NCBI GenBank assembly: GCA_964395625.1
Contig: CAYNAR010000002.1
Span: 781-64,780 of the forward strand
DNA from: an uncultured Gammaproteobacteria bacterium
GTDB taxonomy: Bacteria; Patescibacteriota; Patescibacteriia; Patescibacteriales; WJLG01
DNA: 64,000 bases
Reading direction: 5' to 3'
This document shows positions 32,134 to 42,538 of this stretch, piece after piece (position 1 is the first letter of the stretch; the number at the start of each line of letters is the position of its first letter). A model generated the notes under the pieces. The model saw nothing but the letters and a program-made list of their open reading frames with translations, did no database searches and was not told the DNA's origin. Both the position numbers and the translations under genes were made by a program.

Positions 32134-35100
32134 ATGTCTAAAAATTCTTCCAAGGATTACGTGATAACACCAGCCGGTCGCCGTCTGTATTCGACAGCCA
32201 AAGAAGTGGTGGAAATGCCTGATTTGATCGAGATGCAAAAGGACTCTTACCAGTGGTTCATCAAAGAGGGTTTGGCCGAATTATTTGACGAAATTTCACC
32301 TGTCACCGATTTTATCGGTCGTGATTTGGAGCTTTATTTCGAGGACTACTACTTGGACGAGCCTAAATTCGATGAAATGACGTCTCGTGCCAAGAACGTC
32401 ACTTACGAATCTCCTCTTCGCGTCAGAACTCGCTTGGTCAATAAACGTACTAACGAGACTATCAAGCAGGAGGTTTTCTTGGGAGATTTTCCGTTGATGA
32501 CTTATAACGGTACTTTTATCGTCAACGGCATCGAGAGAGTCGTCGTCTCTCAGTTGATTCGTAGCGCCGGTGTCATCTTCTCGTCGGAATTCGTCAAGGG
32601 GAAGAAGTATTATGGTGCCAAAATCATCCCTAATCGCGGTGCTTGGTTGGAAATCGAGACGGATGTCAATAAAGTCCTCTGGGTTCGTATCGATCGTAAG
32701 AGAAAAGTCGCCGTCACATCTCTTTTGAGAGCTTTGGGCTATGGCGACGACGATCATATCCGCGCTTTGTTTAAGAACGCCGAAGTCGTCAAGAATCCTG
32801 ATGAGCAGACTTATATAGAAGCCACCTTGAGCAAAGATGCCGCCAAGAACGAAGAGGAAGGTTTGGAGGAAGTCTACAAGAAGATTCGTCCGGGCGATTT
32901 GGCTAACGTCGAGAACGCCAGACAGTTGATCCATTCCATGTTCTTCCGTTTCGATCGTTATGATTTTGGTCGCGTCGGTCGTTATAAGTTGAATCGTCGT
33001 TTTCAAGAGGATCTCCCTGTTAACAAGGAGACTCGTGTTTTGCGCAAGGAAGATTTGGTCAATATCATAACCGAAGTCATACGTTTGAATATCACTCAGG
33101 ATCCGGAAGACGATATCGATCATTTGTCTAATCGTCGCGTTCGTGCCATCGGCGAATTGATCCAGAATCGTTTCCGCGTCGGTTTGGCTCGTATGGAGCG
33201 CATCATAAAGGACAGAATGTCCACCGCCGATATACACACCTTGACTCCTAATAAGTTGATAAACGCCCGTCCTGTCATTTCCGTGGTCAAGGAATTCTTC
33301 ATGTCCTCTCAGTTGTCTCAATTCATGGATCAGACTAATCCTTTGGCCGAGTTGGAGCATAAACGTCGCTTGTCCGCCATGGGCCCTGGAGGTCTCACTC
33401 GCGAGCGTGCCGGTTTCGATGTCCGCGATGTGCACACCACTCACTATGGACGTATTTGTCCGATCGCCACTCCGGAAGGACCGAACATCGGTTTGGTCGG
33501 TCACTTGGCCAGTTATGCCCGTCTGAATTCTTACGGCTTTTTGGAAACTCCGTATCGCGTCGTTCTTCATGATTTGGCTATCAATGACACTCGCTTGGAC
33601 GGTCAGGTTTTGCGCGAGGACGTCTTTGAGGTCAAAGATAGCGATGTCGAACTTCCTTTTGGTAAGAAGAACGTCTTGATGTCCGATGTCTTGTCCGAAA
33701 AAAGAGGCAAGGTCGTCGCCAAAGCCGGTGATAAGATCGACTCTTCTTTGATAAAAGAATTAAATAGCAAAGTATCTTCCAAGGTCTTGATTCCTGTAGT
33801 GCCTGCCGTTACCGATGAGGTCGTGTATCTCGACGCTTTCGAGGAAGAGAAATTTATATCCGCCGCCGCCACTACTCCTATCGACGAGAACGGCCATTTC
33901 TTGGTCGGTCGTTGCGAGGTGAGAAAATATGGCGAGCCGACCACCGACGCCGTTCATCGTGTCGATCTTTTCGGTGTGGCCGCCAATCAGATTATCTCTA
34001 TAGCCACTTCCTTGATTCCTTTCATCGAGCATAACGATGGACAGCGCGCTTTGATGGGTACGAACATGCAACGTCAGGCTGTTCCGTTGGTTACTGCCGA
34101 ATCCCCGATAGTCGGTACCGGCGCCGAGGCTCGCGCAGCTCGCGATAGTGGTCACTGCATGATCGCCGCCGAGGATGGCGAGGTCGAATCCGTCGATTCC
34201 ACTCGCATAGTCATTCGCAATAAGAAGGGTGAACCTAAGGAATATTTGTTGACTAAGTTTTTGCGTTCCAATGCCTCCACTTGCATTAATCAGCGTCCGA
34301 CCGTAAATGTCGGCGACAAAATCAAGAAGGGCGACATCATCTCCGATGGCCCGGTCATCGACAACGGTGAATTGGCTTTAGGTAAGAACGCTTTGGTCGC
34401 TTTTATGGTTTGGGATGGTTTCAACTACGAAGATGCCGTCATTATTTCCGAGCGTGTCGTCGCCAATGATGTCTATACTTCCATATATATCGAGAATTAC
34501 ACTGTCGACGTCCGCGACACCAAGCTTGGGCCGGAACTCATTACTAATGACATACCGAACATCAGCGAGGAGAAATTGAAGAATCTCGACGAGGAAGGCG
34601 TCATCCGTATCGGTGCCGAAGTTTCTTCCGGTGATATCTTGGTCGGTAAGATCACTCCTAAAGGTGAAACCGAGCTTTCCGCGGAAGAAAAATTGCTCCG
34701 TGTCATATTCGGCGAAAAGGCCAAGGATGTTCGCGACACCTCTCTTTATTTGGAGCATGGCGAACATGGAAAAGTCGTCGATATAAAATACTTCTCTCGC
34801 GACGACGGCGATAAGTTGCAGACTGGCGTCATCCGTTCCGTTCAGGTCAGTGTCGCCAATTTGCGCAAGGTTCAGGTCGGTGACAAGATGGCCGGTCGTT
34901 ATGGTAATAAGGGTGTTATTTCACGCGTCGTTCCTGTCGAAGATATGCCTTACTTGGAAGACGGTACACCGGTTGATATCATTTTGTCTCCTCTCGGTAT
35001 CATCTCTCGTATGAACTTGGGTCAGGTTTTGGAGACCCATCTCGGTTTCGCAGCAAAGAAATTAGGATACAAGGTCGCCACTCCGGCTTTGAACGGAATG

Positions 35101-35691
35101 AACGAGGATCAGATTAAGGAAGAATTGAAGAAGGCTGGCTTGCCTGAAGATGGTAAGGTCGTCTTGCATGATGGTCGCACCGGTTTGCCGTTCGAGAATA
35201 AGATCGTCGTCGGCATGAAATATCTCTTGAAACTCAACCATATGGTCGAGGACAAGATGCACCAGCGTTCTATCGGTCCTTACTCCTTAATCACTCAGCA
35301 GCCTTTGGGCGGTAAAGCTCAATTCGGTGGACAGAGATTCGGAGAAATGGAAGTCTGGGCTTTGGAAGGTTATGGCGCAGCTCATATGTTGCAAGAAATT
35401 TTGACCATTAAATCCGACGATGTCCCTGGTCGCAGTGCCGCTTACGAATCCATCATCAAGGGCGAGAAGATCCACAAGGTCAACGTCCCTGAATCTTTCA
35501 ACGTTTTGGTTCGCGAGTTGAAGGGCTTGTGCTTGGATGTACAGCTTTTGGGTGGTGATGGCGGTCAGGTTGGCGAAGAGGTTACGGATACCGAAAACGA
35601 TCGCAGGAACGACAGAGTCTTGGAAGGAGCCGAAATGCCTACTTGGGGAAAGGAAGTGACTGAAGAGAAAGGCGAGAAAGTTGAAGAATAA
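32134..35691 (+). CDS. rpoB: DNA-directed RNA polymerase subunit beta
   Basis: 1185 aa, unmistakable RpoB (for example GRYGNKGVISRV and NLGQVLETHLG). Confidence 0.98.
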   Translation: MSKNSSKDYVITPAGRRLYSTAKEVVEMPDLIEMQKDSYQWFIKEGLAELFDEISPVTDFIGRDLELYFEDYYLDEPKFDEMTSRAKNVTYESPLRVRTRLVNKRTNETIKQEVFLGDFPLMTYNGTFIVNGIERVVVSQLIRSAGVIFSSEFVKGKKYYGAKIIPNRGAWLEIETDVNKVLWVRIDRKRKVAVTSLLRALGYGDDDHIRALFKNAEVVKNPDEQTYIEATLSKDAAKNEEEGLEEVYKKIRPGDLANVENARQLIHSMFFRFDRYDFGRVGRYKLNRRFQEDLPVNKETRVLRKEDLVNIITEVIRLNITQDPEDDIDHLSNRRVRAIGELIQNRFRVGLARMERIIKDRMSTADIHTLTPNKLINARPVISVVKEFFMSSQLSQFMDQTNPLAELEHKRRLSAMGPGGLTRERAGFDVRDVHTTHYGRICPIATPEGPNIGLVGHLASYARLNSYGFLETPYRVVLHDLAINDTRLDGQVLREDVFEVKDSDVELPFGKKNVLMSDVLSEKRGKVVAKAGDKIDSSLIKELNSKVSSKVLIPVVPAVTDEVVYLDAFEEEKFISAAATTPIDENGHFLVGRCEVRKYGEPTTDAVHRVDLFGVAANQIISIATSLIPFIEHNDGQRALMGTNMQRQAVPLVTAESPIVGTGAEARAARDSGHCMIAAEDGEVESVDSTRIVIRNKKGEPKEYLLTKFLRSNASTCINQRPTVNVGDKIKKGDIISDGPVIDNGELALGKNALVAFMVWDGFNYEDAVIISERVVANDVYTSIYIENYTVDVRDTKLGPELITNDIPNISEEKLKNLDEEGVIRIGAEVSSGDILVGKITPKGETELSAEEKLLRVIFGEKAKDVRDTSLYLEHGEHGKVVDIKYFSRDDGDKLQTGVIRSVQVSVANLRKVQVGDKMAGRYGNKGVISRVVPVEDMPYLEDGTPVDIILSPLGIISRMNLGQVLETHLGFAAKKLGYKVATPALNGMNEDQIKEELKKAGLPEDGKVVLHDGRTGLPFENKIVVGMKYLLKLNHMVEDKMHQRSIGPYSLITQQPLGGKAQFGGQRFGEMEVWALEGYGAAHMLQEILTIKSDDVPGRSAAYESIIKGEKIHKVNVPESFNVLVRELKGLCLDVQLLGGDGGQVGEEVTDTENDRRNDRVLEGAEMPTWGKEVTEEKGEKVEE

Positions 35692-35707
35692 ACATAGTCT
35701 CTCATAA

Positions 35708-35810
35708 GGATGCCTTAGTCGTTTCGCTAAGGCATCCGATCTGTGAGAATATCCGTTAAATTTAATAGTTTATAAATAAGATTATCAATCGACAACTAAG
35801 GATTGATAAT
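35708..35810 (+). promoter_or_regulatory. two strong hairpins in the rpoB-rpoC spacer
   Basis: GGATGCCTTAG pairs with CTAAGGCATCC (35708-35737), and ATTATCAATC pairs with GATTGATAAT (35781-35810). Neither is followed by a T-run. Confidence 0.5.
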
Positions 35811-35822
35811 TGAAGATTAAAT

Positions 35823-38800
35823 ATGTTAAACCCGATTAAAATCTCCGATTTCGACGCGATCAAGTTGAAGTTGGCTTCTCCCGAGGAGATGCAGAGTTGG
35901 TCTCATGGCGAGGTGACCCGCCCGGAAACCATCAACTATCGCACGCAGAAGGCCGAAAAAGACGGCTTGTTCTGTGAAAAGATTTTCGGTCCTTCCAAGG
36001 ATTGGGAGTGCTATTGCGGAAAGTATAAGAAGATCCGTTACAAAGGGATCGTCTGCGATAAGTGCGGTGTCGAAGTGACTCGCAGCGCCGTTCGTCGTGA
36101 GCGTTTCGGCCACATCACCCTAGAGAGTCCTTGCGCTCATATCTGGTTCTTGCGCGGTATCGCTTCCAAGATCGGCTTGGCTTTGAATTTGAGCATGCAG
36201 GCTTTAGAGAAGGTCGTCTATTTCGCCAGCTTCATAATCACCGACGTCAACGAGGATTTGAAGGAGGCTACGATGGAACAAATTAAGCAAGAGTTTAAGG
36301 AAAAGAAGAAGAACATCGTCGACGATTATAATAATCAGGTTAAACAGATCAAGAATAGAAAGGGTAAGATGATGAATGACGGTATGGGTGCCGACGAGGC
36401 CGAGGAGACTTTGAATAAGGAGATAGAGACGTTGACCAAATTGCGCGACGAGAAGAATGAGACTTTGTCTGTTTATTTCGCCGAATCCATCAAGGAGCTC
36501 AAGGATTTGAAGGCCATGGTCGTCATCAGTGAAGAGACTTATCAGAAATTGTCTTTGAAATATGGACACATCTTCGAGGCCGGTATCGGCGCCGATGCCA
36601 TCAAGAGCCTCTTGGAGAAGATAGATTTGGAGAAGACTATCGAGAACTTGGAGAAGGAATCGGAGAGCGCCATCGATTCGAAGCAGGAAAAGATCACCAA
36701 GCGCTTGAAGCTCTTGAAATCTTTGTCCGTCAACAATATTCGCCCGGAATGGATGGTTCTTTCCATTGTTCCGGTCATTCCGCCGGATCTGAGACCGATG
36801 GTCTCCTTGGAAGGTGGACGTTTCGCCACTTCCGATTTGAACGACCTCTATCGTCGCGTCATCAATCGTAATAATCGCTTGAAACAGCTTGTCGAGCTCA
36901 ACGCTCCAGAGGTCATTTGTCGTAATGAAAAGAGAATGTTACAGGAAGCCGTCGACGCTTTAATCGATAACAGCGCCCGCGCCTCTAAGACCACTATCGC
37001 TTCCACCGGTCAAAAGAGACAGCTCAAGTCTTTGGCCGATTCTTTGAAGGGTAAGCAGGGTCGTTTCCGTCAGAACTTACTCGGTAAGAGAACCGACTAT
37101 TCCGGTCGTAGCGTCATCGTCGTCAATCCGAAATTGAATTTGGACCAGTGCGGTCTACCGAAGAGAATGGCTTTGGAACTCTTCAAGCCTTTTATAATCT
37201 CGAAATTGATCGCTAGTGAAGTCGTTCACAATGTCCGTAGCGCTTCCAGATATATAGAGGCCGGTACCGACGATGTGTGGGATATCTTGGAGGAGATCGT
37301 CAACAAGTCTTTCGTGCTCTTGAACCGCGCCCCGACCTTGCATCGTTTAGGTATTCAGGCTTTCCGTCCGATTTTGATCGAAGGTAAAGCTATTCAGATA
37401 CATCCGATGGTTTGTACCGCCTTTAACGCCGACTTCGATGGCGACCAGATGGCTGTTCACGTCCCATTGACCGAAGAGGCTAAGTGGGAGGCTGAACATT
37501 TGATGTTGTCTTCTCATAATCTTTTGAAACCAGCTACCGGCGAACCTATCGTGACTCCTAACCAGGATATCGTTTGGGGAGCTTATTATTCCACTTTCTC
37601 TTTTGTCGATCCGGAAAAGATCGAGGATAAGGATTTGAGAAGTTTCACCGACGAGATGGAGGTCAAGATGGCCTATGATTATGGTTATATCAAACTCCAG
37701 GATCCGATCAGGGTCAGATTGAACAATGGAAATATCGTCAAAACCACTGTCGGACGCATGATGTTCAACGAGATTCTCCCTGAGAAATTGCGTTATATAA
37801 ATAAAGTCGTCAAGAAAGGCGATTTGAAACAGATAGTCAAGGAGTGTTTACGCCATTACGGAGAAGAGGAGTCCGTCAAATTCGTCGACAACTTAAAGAA
37901 CCGTTCGTTCCAGCTCATTACCAGATCCGGTATGTCCTTCGGTATGAGCGATTTGCCTGATTTCACTCAGGTCGACGATTTGATCAAGGACGGTGAGGGC
38001 AAGGTCTTCGAGATTCAATCTCAATATGAAGAAGGTCTTTTGACCGATTCCGAGCGCGCCAGCCAAGTAATCGAGCTTTGGGGCGACATTAAAGAGGATA
38101 TCACTAATATCTGCAAGAAGAGTTTGCCACCGGAATCTTCCGTCTATTCCATGATTGATTCCGGCGCTCGCGGTTCTTGGGCTCAGCTCACGCAGATTCT
38201 CGGTATGAAGGGTTTGGTGACTTCTCCTTCGGGCGGAATCATCGAATTGCCGATTAAGAGAAATTTCAAGAAAGGCTTCGACGTTTTGGAATACTTTATC
38301 GCCACTCATGGTACTCGTAAGGGTCTTTCCGATACCGCTTTAAGAACCGCTAACGCCGGTTACTTGACTCGTCGTTTGGTGGATGTCGCTCAAGATATCA
38401 TTATTTCTCACGAGGATTGTGGAGACGAAAATGGTACTATAATAACCAAAAAGGAGAGTGATGAATTGGGCGAACCGTTGCTCAAGAGAATCGTCGGTCG
38501 TTATTTGGCTCAAGATTTGAAAGATAAGAATGGTGAAGTCCTTTACAAGAAGGATGAGCTCATAAGCGAAGAGAAGGCTGATGCCATCAAGGATAAGGAA
38601 ATAGAAGAAGTCGCTATCCGTTCCGTTTTGTCTTGCACCTTGTCTCGCGGAGTCTGCGCGAAGTGCTACGGCTTCGACTTAGCTAGAAATAGGCCTGTGG
38701 ACGTCGGCGTCCCTGTTGGTATCATCGCCGCTCAGTCGATCGGTGAACCTGGAACCCAGCTCACCATGAGAACCTTTCATACCGGCGGTGTGGCCGGAGG

Positions 38801-39764
38801 CGGAGATATCACGCAGGGTCTTCCTCGCGTCGAAGAAATATTCGAGAACCGCACTCCTAAGAAAAAGGCGATCATTTCCGATGTGGATGGTAAGGTCAAG
38901 ATAGAGATGGAGCAGAAGATTATTCGCAACGAGGATGGTAAGGAAGTCGTGGTGTCCAATCAGCGTACAAGAATATTGAAGATATACTACGAAGGAGAGG
39001 TTTTTGAGAAATATCGCATCGCTTCTTCCAATGATGAAGAGGGTAGTGACAAGAAGGAAGTTAAAGTCTTGGTTAAGGACGGAGAGGAAGTCATTACTGG
39101 ACAAGGTCTCTATTCCATCGGAAAGAAGGTTATTATCGCCAAAGAAGGCGGTAAAGTGGAGATTTCCGGAAAGACCATCAAGATCACTCGCAGAACCGAG
39201 AAAGTCGAGGAGATGATAATTCCTAAGGGTACCGCCCTTTTAGTGAAAGACGGAGAAGAGGTCAAGCGTGGACAGCAATTGACCGACGGATCTTTGGACC
39301 TCGATCAACTCTATCGTTTGAACGGTCGTTTGGCCGTCCAGAAGTACATCATCAAAGAGATTCAATACGTCTACTCTTCTCAAGGTCAGCCTTTGAATGA
39401 TAAACATGTCGAAATAATAGCTCGCCAGATGTTCTCCCGCTTTTTGATTACCGATTCCGGCAAGTCAGAATTGTTGCCTGGAGAGGTTGTCGAAGAGGGT
39501 GTCATTAATCGCTTACCTGAAGATGTGAGCTCTACGATCAAGGCGGATAGACTTTTATCCGGAATCACGAAAGCTTCTTTGACTACCGAATCGTTCTTGT
39601 CCGCAGCTTCCTTCCAAGAGACGGCTCGTGTCTTGATCGAAGCTGCTTTGTCCGGTAAGGTCGATTATTTGGAAGGTCTGAAGGAGAACGTCATTATCGG
39701 TTGTTTGATTCCTGCCGGAACCGGATATAAGGGAAAGCAAGAAAGAGCTGTTTACGAAAAATAA
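35823..39764 (+). CDS. rpoC: DNA-directed RNA polymerase subunit beta'
   Basis: 1313 aa. NADFDGDQM catalytic motif and an N-terminal zinc-binding Cys cluster. Confidence 0.98.
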   Translation: MLNPIKISDFDAIKLKLASPEEMQSWSHGEVTRPETINYRTQKAEKDGLFCEKIFGPSKDWECYCGKYKKIRYKGIVCDKCGVEVTRSAVRRERFGHITLESPCAHIWFLRGIASKIGLALNLSMQALEKVVYFASFIITDVNEDLKEATMEQIKQEFKEKKKNIVDDYNNQVKQIKNRKGKMMNDGMGADEAEETLNKEIETLTKLRDEKNETLSVYFAESIKELKDLKAMVVISEETYQKLSLKYGHIFEAGIGADAIKSLLEKIDLEKTIENLEKESESAIDSKQEKITKRLKLLKSLSVNNIRPEWMVLSIVPVIPPDLRPMVSLEGGRFATSDLNDLYRRVINRNNRLKQLVELNAPEVICRNEKRMLQEAVDALIDNSARASKTTIASTGQKRQLKSLADSLKGKQGRFRQNLLGKRTDYSGRSVIVVNPKLNLDQCGLPKRMALELFKPFIISKLIASEVVHNVRSASRYIEAGTDDVWDILEEIVNKSFVLLNRAPTLHRLGIQAFRPILIEGKAIQIHPMVCTAFNADFDGDQMAVHVPLTEEAKWEAEHLMLSSHNLLKPATGEPIVTPNQDIVWGAYYSTFSFVDPEKIEDKDLRSFTDEMEVKMAYDYGYIKLQDPIRVRLNNGNIVKTTVGRMMFNEILPEKLRYINKVVKKGDLKQIVKECLRHYGEEESVKFVDNLKNRSFQLITRSGMSFGMSDLPDFTQVDDLIKDGEGKVFEIQSQYEEGLLTDSERASQVIELWGDIKEDITNICKKSLPPESSVYSMIDSGARGSWAQLTQILGMKGLVTSPSGGIIELPIKRNFKKGFDVLEYFIATHGTRKGLSDTALRTANAGYLTRRLVDVAQDIIISHEDCGDENGTIITKKESDELGEPLLKRIVGRYLAQDLKDKNGEVLYKKDELISEEKADAIKDKEIEEVAIRSVLSCTLSRGVCAKCYGFDLARNRPVDVGVPVGIIAAQSIGEPGTQLTMRTFHTGGVAGGGDITQGLPRVEEIFENRTPKKKAIISDVDGKVKIEMEQKIIRNEDGKEVVVSNQRTRILKIYYEGEVFEKYRIASSNDEEGSDKKEVKVLVKDGEEVITGQGLYSIGKKVIIAKEGGKVEISGKTIKITRRTEKVEEMIIPKGTALLVKDGEEVKRGQQLTDGSLDLDQLYRLNGRLAVQKYIIKEIQYVYSSQGQPLNDKHVEIIARQMFSRFLITDSGKSELLPGEVVEEGVINRLPEDVSSTIKADRLLSGITKASLTTESFLSAASFQETARVLIEAALSGKVDYLEGLKENVIIGCLIPAGTGYKGKQERAVYEK

Positions 39765-39820
39765 TTTAAATTATCAGCGATCGTCGATTGCAAGATCGTC
39801 TATCGCTAATTGAAAAATAT

Positions 39821-40033
39821 ATGGCTAAAAGATGTGTAGTTTGCGGACGCGGTTCAACTTCTGGTGCACAGCGCTCCCATTCCAATCGCCAGACCTTAAA
39901 GAGACAGAACATCAATCTTCAGACTAGAAAGTTGGAAGGTCAGACTGTCAAGGTTTGCGTCAATTGTTTGAAGACCGCTAAGAAGATCTCCACTCCGAAG
40001 AAGGCTGTCGCAAAAAAGACCGCTAAGAAATAG
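39821..40033 (+). CDS. rpmB: 50S ribosomal protein L28 with a Lys-rich C-terminal tail
   Basis: MAKRCVVCGRGSTSGAQRSHSNRQTLKRQNINLQ. Start moved from the track TTG 39788 to ATG 39821. Confidence 0.85.
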   Translation: MAKRCVVCGRGSTSGAQRSHSNRQTLKRQNINLQTRKLEGQTVKVCVNCLKTAKKISTPKKAVAKKTAKK

Positions 40034-40057
40034 TTTCGTTTAATTTTGCGAAAGCTG

Positions 40058-40666
40058 ATGTCTTTAGCGATTTTCACTGTAATAATATTCATCTTCTCGG
40101 CCGTCGTGCATGAATATATGCATGGCTTGGCCGCTGACGAGCAAGGCGACCCAACTCCTCGGATGATGGGTCGCCTTACGTTGAACCCAATAGCCCATCT
40201 TGATGTTTGGGGGTCTTTTTTAGTGCCAGTCATACTTTATTTAGCGTCCGGAGGTGGTTTCGTTTTTGGGTATGCGAAGCCGGTTCCGTACAATCCGTTG
40301 GCCTTGCGCGACAAGGTCTATGGTTCGGCCAAAGTAGCTATGGCTGGTCCGGCTGCTAATTTGGCCATGGCCATCGTGTTCGCCATGATTATGCGTTTTG
40401 TCCCTATCGACAACTCCGCATTGACCGGTGCCTTCGCTTTGATAGTCCAGATTAATTTGGTTTTAGCCGTCATTAATTTAATACCGTTGCCGGGGTTGGA
40501 TGGCTCCAAAATTCTTATGCCTTTTATGCCGATCTCCTGGCAGAATTTCTATCATAGATTGGAACAACAGTCGATGTTCTTGATTTTTATCCTGATAATG
40601 TTGATTTTTCCTTTTCTAGCGATAATAATCGATTTTCTCTTTCGACTTTTGACCGGATACAGGTAG
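40058..40666 (+). CDS. site-2 protease (peptidase M50) family protein
   Basis: HEYMHGLAA (HExxH), GRLTLNPIAHLD, NLIPLPGLDGSKIL. Track start is TTG 40046. Confidence 0.8.
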   Translation: MSLAIFTVIIFIFSAVVHEYMHGLAADEQGDPTPRMMGRLTLNPIAHLDVWGSFLVPVILYLASGGGFVFGYAKPVPYNPLALRDKVYGSAKVAMAGPAANLAMAIVFAMIMRFVPIDNSALTGAFALIVQINLVLAVINLIPLPGLDGSKILMPFMPISWQNFYHRLEQQSMFLIFILIMLIFPFLAIIIDFLFRLLTGYR

Positions 40667-40677
40667 TCTAATAAATT

Positions 40678-40704
40678 CGGGCCTTTAGGCCCGTTTTTTA
40701 TTTT
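40678..40704 (+). terminator. intrinsic terminator
   Basis: CGGGCC-TTTA-GGCCCG followed by TTTTTTATTTT. Confidence 0.65.
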
Positions 40705-40824
40705 GTCGGGTTTTTTGCGGGAAAAAGTTGACAAAATCGGTTGAAAAGACTATTTTTAAATAAAATCTTCGATAATTTAAAATTATTAAAAGATACTGGT
40801 TCTTTATAACTTAAGGAGGTCCAT

Positions 40825-41847
40825 ATGGTTAGAAAACCGGAAAAGGTCAATGCTTTGTTTGACGATTTTGAGAGTGGAGTGGTTGACGACCGGAAAAGGT
40901 ACGATAGCACCGATGAGGATTTTTCTCTTGATGAGTTGGATGTTTTTCAATTGTTGTCATTATGGAGGGTTTCTGGGCAATATGCCTTAAAACAAATGAG
41001 GATATTGGAAAGAATGAGATATGTGGTGCTGTCTCTTGATTTGGAGGAGCTGATAGCCGCTGTCGCTTGTTCCCCTGTGGATTCAGAAATTAGCCAGGTT
41101 ATTTCCTCACAATTGATAAAGACATTGGAGAATGGAATTCATAATTATAGACTTAATGTCGGAGATTTGAAAGCTATTTGTTCGTTTTTGTCCGGAAATA
41201 AAAAGGCCATCCTCTCCATAAATGATATTTCTTGTCGAAAATTCGGGTATTCGTTGTATTCAAAGGAGTTCAACGCCGCTTTGCAGGAGTATAAGAAATC
41301 GATAATTGGACGAAAACAGTCTTTGTGCTATGGATTATTTAATCTTATATTAAAGCACAATCCTCAGTTGGAGGATGACGAATTGTTTCCCTTGAGGGCA
41401 TATTTAAGCAAACTCATCATCGAGAAGAGGAATAGCCCGACATTTGCCGAAGCTTTTAAGATGTGGCAAAATTCGGTCAGATTTCCGGAAATAGAGTCGA
41501 TGCTTGTGGAATTTATGGTGGGGGAGATAGCATCCATTAAATCATTGACCCCATGTAATAAAATGCCCAGCTGGTTTTTGACCGCATTAAGCAAAAGACA
41601 AGAATTTCCGGACGAAGTCGTTACTGCGATGTCTGAAAAGATTATGGATTTTCGATTTTTCGGAGCCGAGGGCGTTTCTGGATTTTTGAAAAATATCGAA
41701 AGCACGGCAGAGGAATCTCAGAGCCAAGAAGAGGTATCTGTCAGCGATGGTATTTTTGCTAATTTCAAGACAGAGCTTTTTTTAAGAATCAGGAATTTTT
41801 TTGGCCATTCATGGCAGGCGCCAGAAGTCGAGTGCGCGGAGCGTTAG
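40825..41847 (+). CDS. hypothetical protein (orphan, predicted helical)
   Basis: 340-aa track ORF. AAGGAGG SD 5 nt upstream and TTGACA-17-TATTTT upstream. No motif recognised. Confidence 0.55.
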   Translation: MVRKPEKVNALFDDFESGVVDDRKRYDSTDEDFSLDELDVFQLLSLWRVSGQYALKQMRILERMRYVVLSLDLEELIAAVACSPVDSEISQVISSQLIKTLENGIHNYRLNVGDLKAICSFLSGNKKAILSINDISCRKFGYSLYSKEFNAALQEYKKSIIGRKQSLCYGLFNLILKHNPQLEDDELFPLRAYLSKLIIEKRNSPTFAEAFKMWQNSVRFPEIESMLVEFMVGEIASIKSLTPCNKMPSWFLTALSKRQEFPDEVVTAMSEKIMDFRFFGAEGVSGFLKNIESTAEESQSQEEVSVSDGIFANFKTELFLRIRNFFGHSWQAPEVECAER

Positions 41848-41933
41848 GCTTGTGTTTTTTCTCTAAAATAAACGGTTTTATCTTAATAGGTAGGGCCGTT
41901 TTTAATTTGTTGCAAAAAATGGCCTTGGGAGTC

Positions 41934-41962
41934 TTGACTAATTTTGAAGCTTTTGCTAAAAT
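41934..41962 (+). promoter_or_regulatory. promoter TTGACT-17-TAAAAT for the str operon
   Basis: Consensus-like hexamers about 90 nt upstream of rpsL. A leader hairpin ATCCCGA-ATTG-TCGGGAT lies at 41976-41993. Confidence 0.55.
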
Positions 41963-42049
41963 AATCTTGAAATATATCCCGAATTGTCGGGATTGTTTTA
42001 ATACTCTGAAAAATATTTTTTATCAAAGCATAAAATCACACAAGAACAT

Positions 42050-42472
42050 ATGCCGACAATGAATCAATTGGTGCGCAAAGGAAGAGTTAATAAGAGAAAG
42101 AAGATGAAGTCAGCCGCTTTACATCTTTCCAACGACTCTCTGCACAGAAAGAAGAAAATTAGAGAGGTTGGCGCTCCATTCAAGCAGGGCGTCTGCGTTA
42201 AGGTTACTACCATGACCCCGAAGAAACCGAACTCGGCTCTTCGCAAAATCGCTCGTGTCCGCTTGTCTAACGGTATGGAAGTCACTGCCTATATCCCTGG
42301 AATCGGCCATAACTTACAGGAGCACTCCATCGTGTTGCTCAAAGGTGGAAGAACCAAAGATCTTCCAGGTTTGCGCTACAAGATAATCCGTGGCGTCTTC
42401 GACGCTCAGGGTGTGGAAGGTCGCAAGCAGTCTCGTTCCCGCTATGGTGCCAAGAGACCAAAGGCTAAATAA
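42050..42472 (+). CDS. rpsL: 30S ribosomal protein S12
   Basis: [12 protein letters not shown]...[11 protein letters not shown]...GGRTKDLPG. Contains a roughly 13-17 aa N-terminal insertion. Confidence 0.95.
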   Translation: MPTMNQLVRKGRVNKRKKMKSAALHLSNDSLHRKKKIREVGAPFKQGVCVKVTTMTPKKPNSALRKIARVRLSNGMEVTAYIPGIGHNLQEHSIVLLKGGRTKDLPGLRYKIIRGVFDAQGVEGRKQSRSRYGAKRPKAK

Positions 42473-42538
42473 TATCTAATAATTTCTTAGAAATAAACTT
42501 TATAAGCTACGTGCGTGGTTGCGCGTCGTTAGAAAAAT

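Noticed and set aside
35802-35813. The 12-mer ATTGATAATTGA shared by the regions just upstream of the rpoC start and the fusA start (43116-43127).
   Set aside because: With uniform base composition, on the order of a hundred identical 12-mer pairs are expected by chance in 64 kb, and more in AT-rich spacers. This is not significant without further copies.
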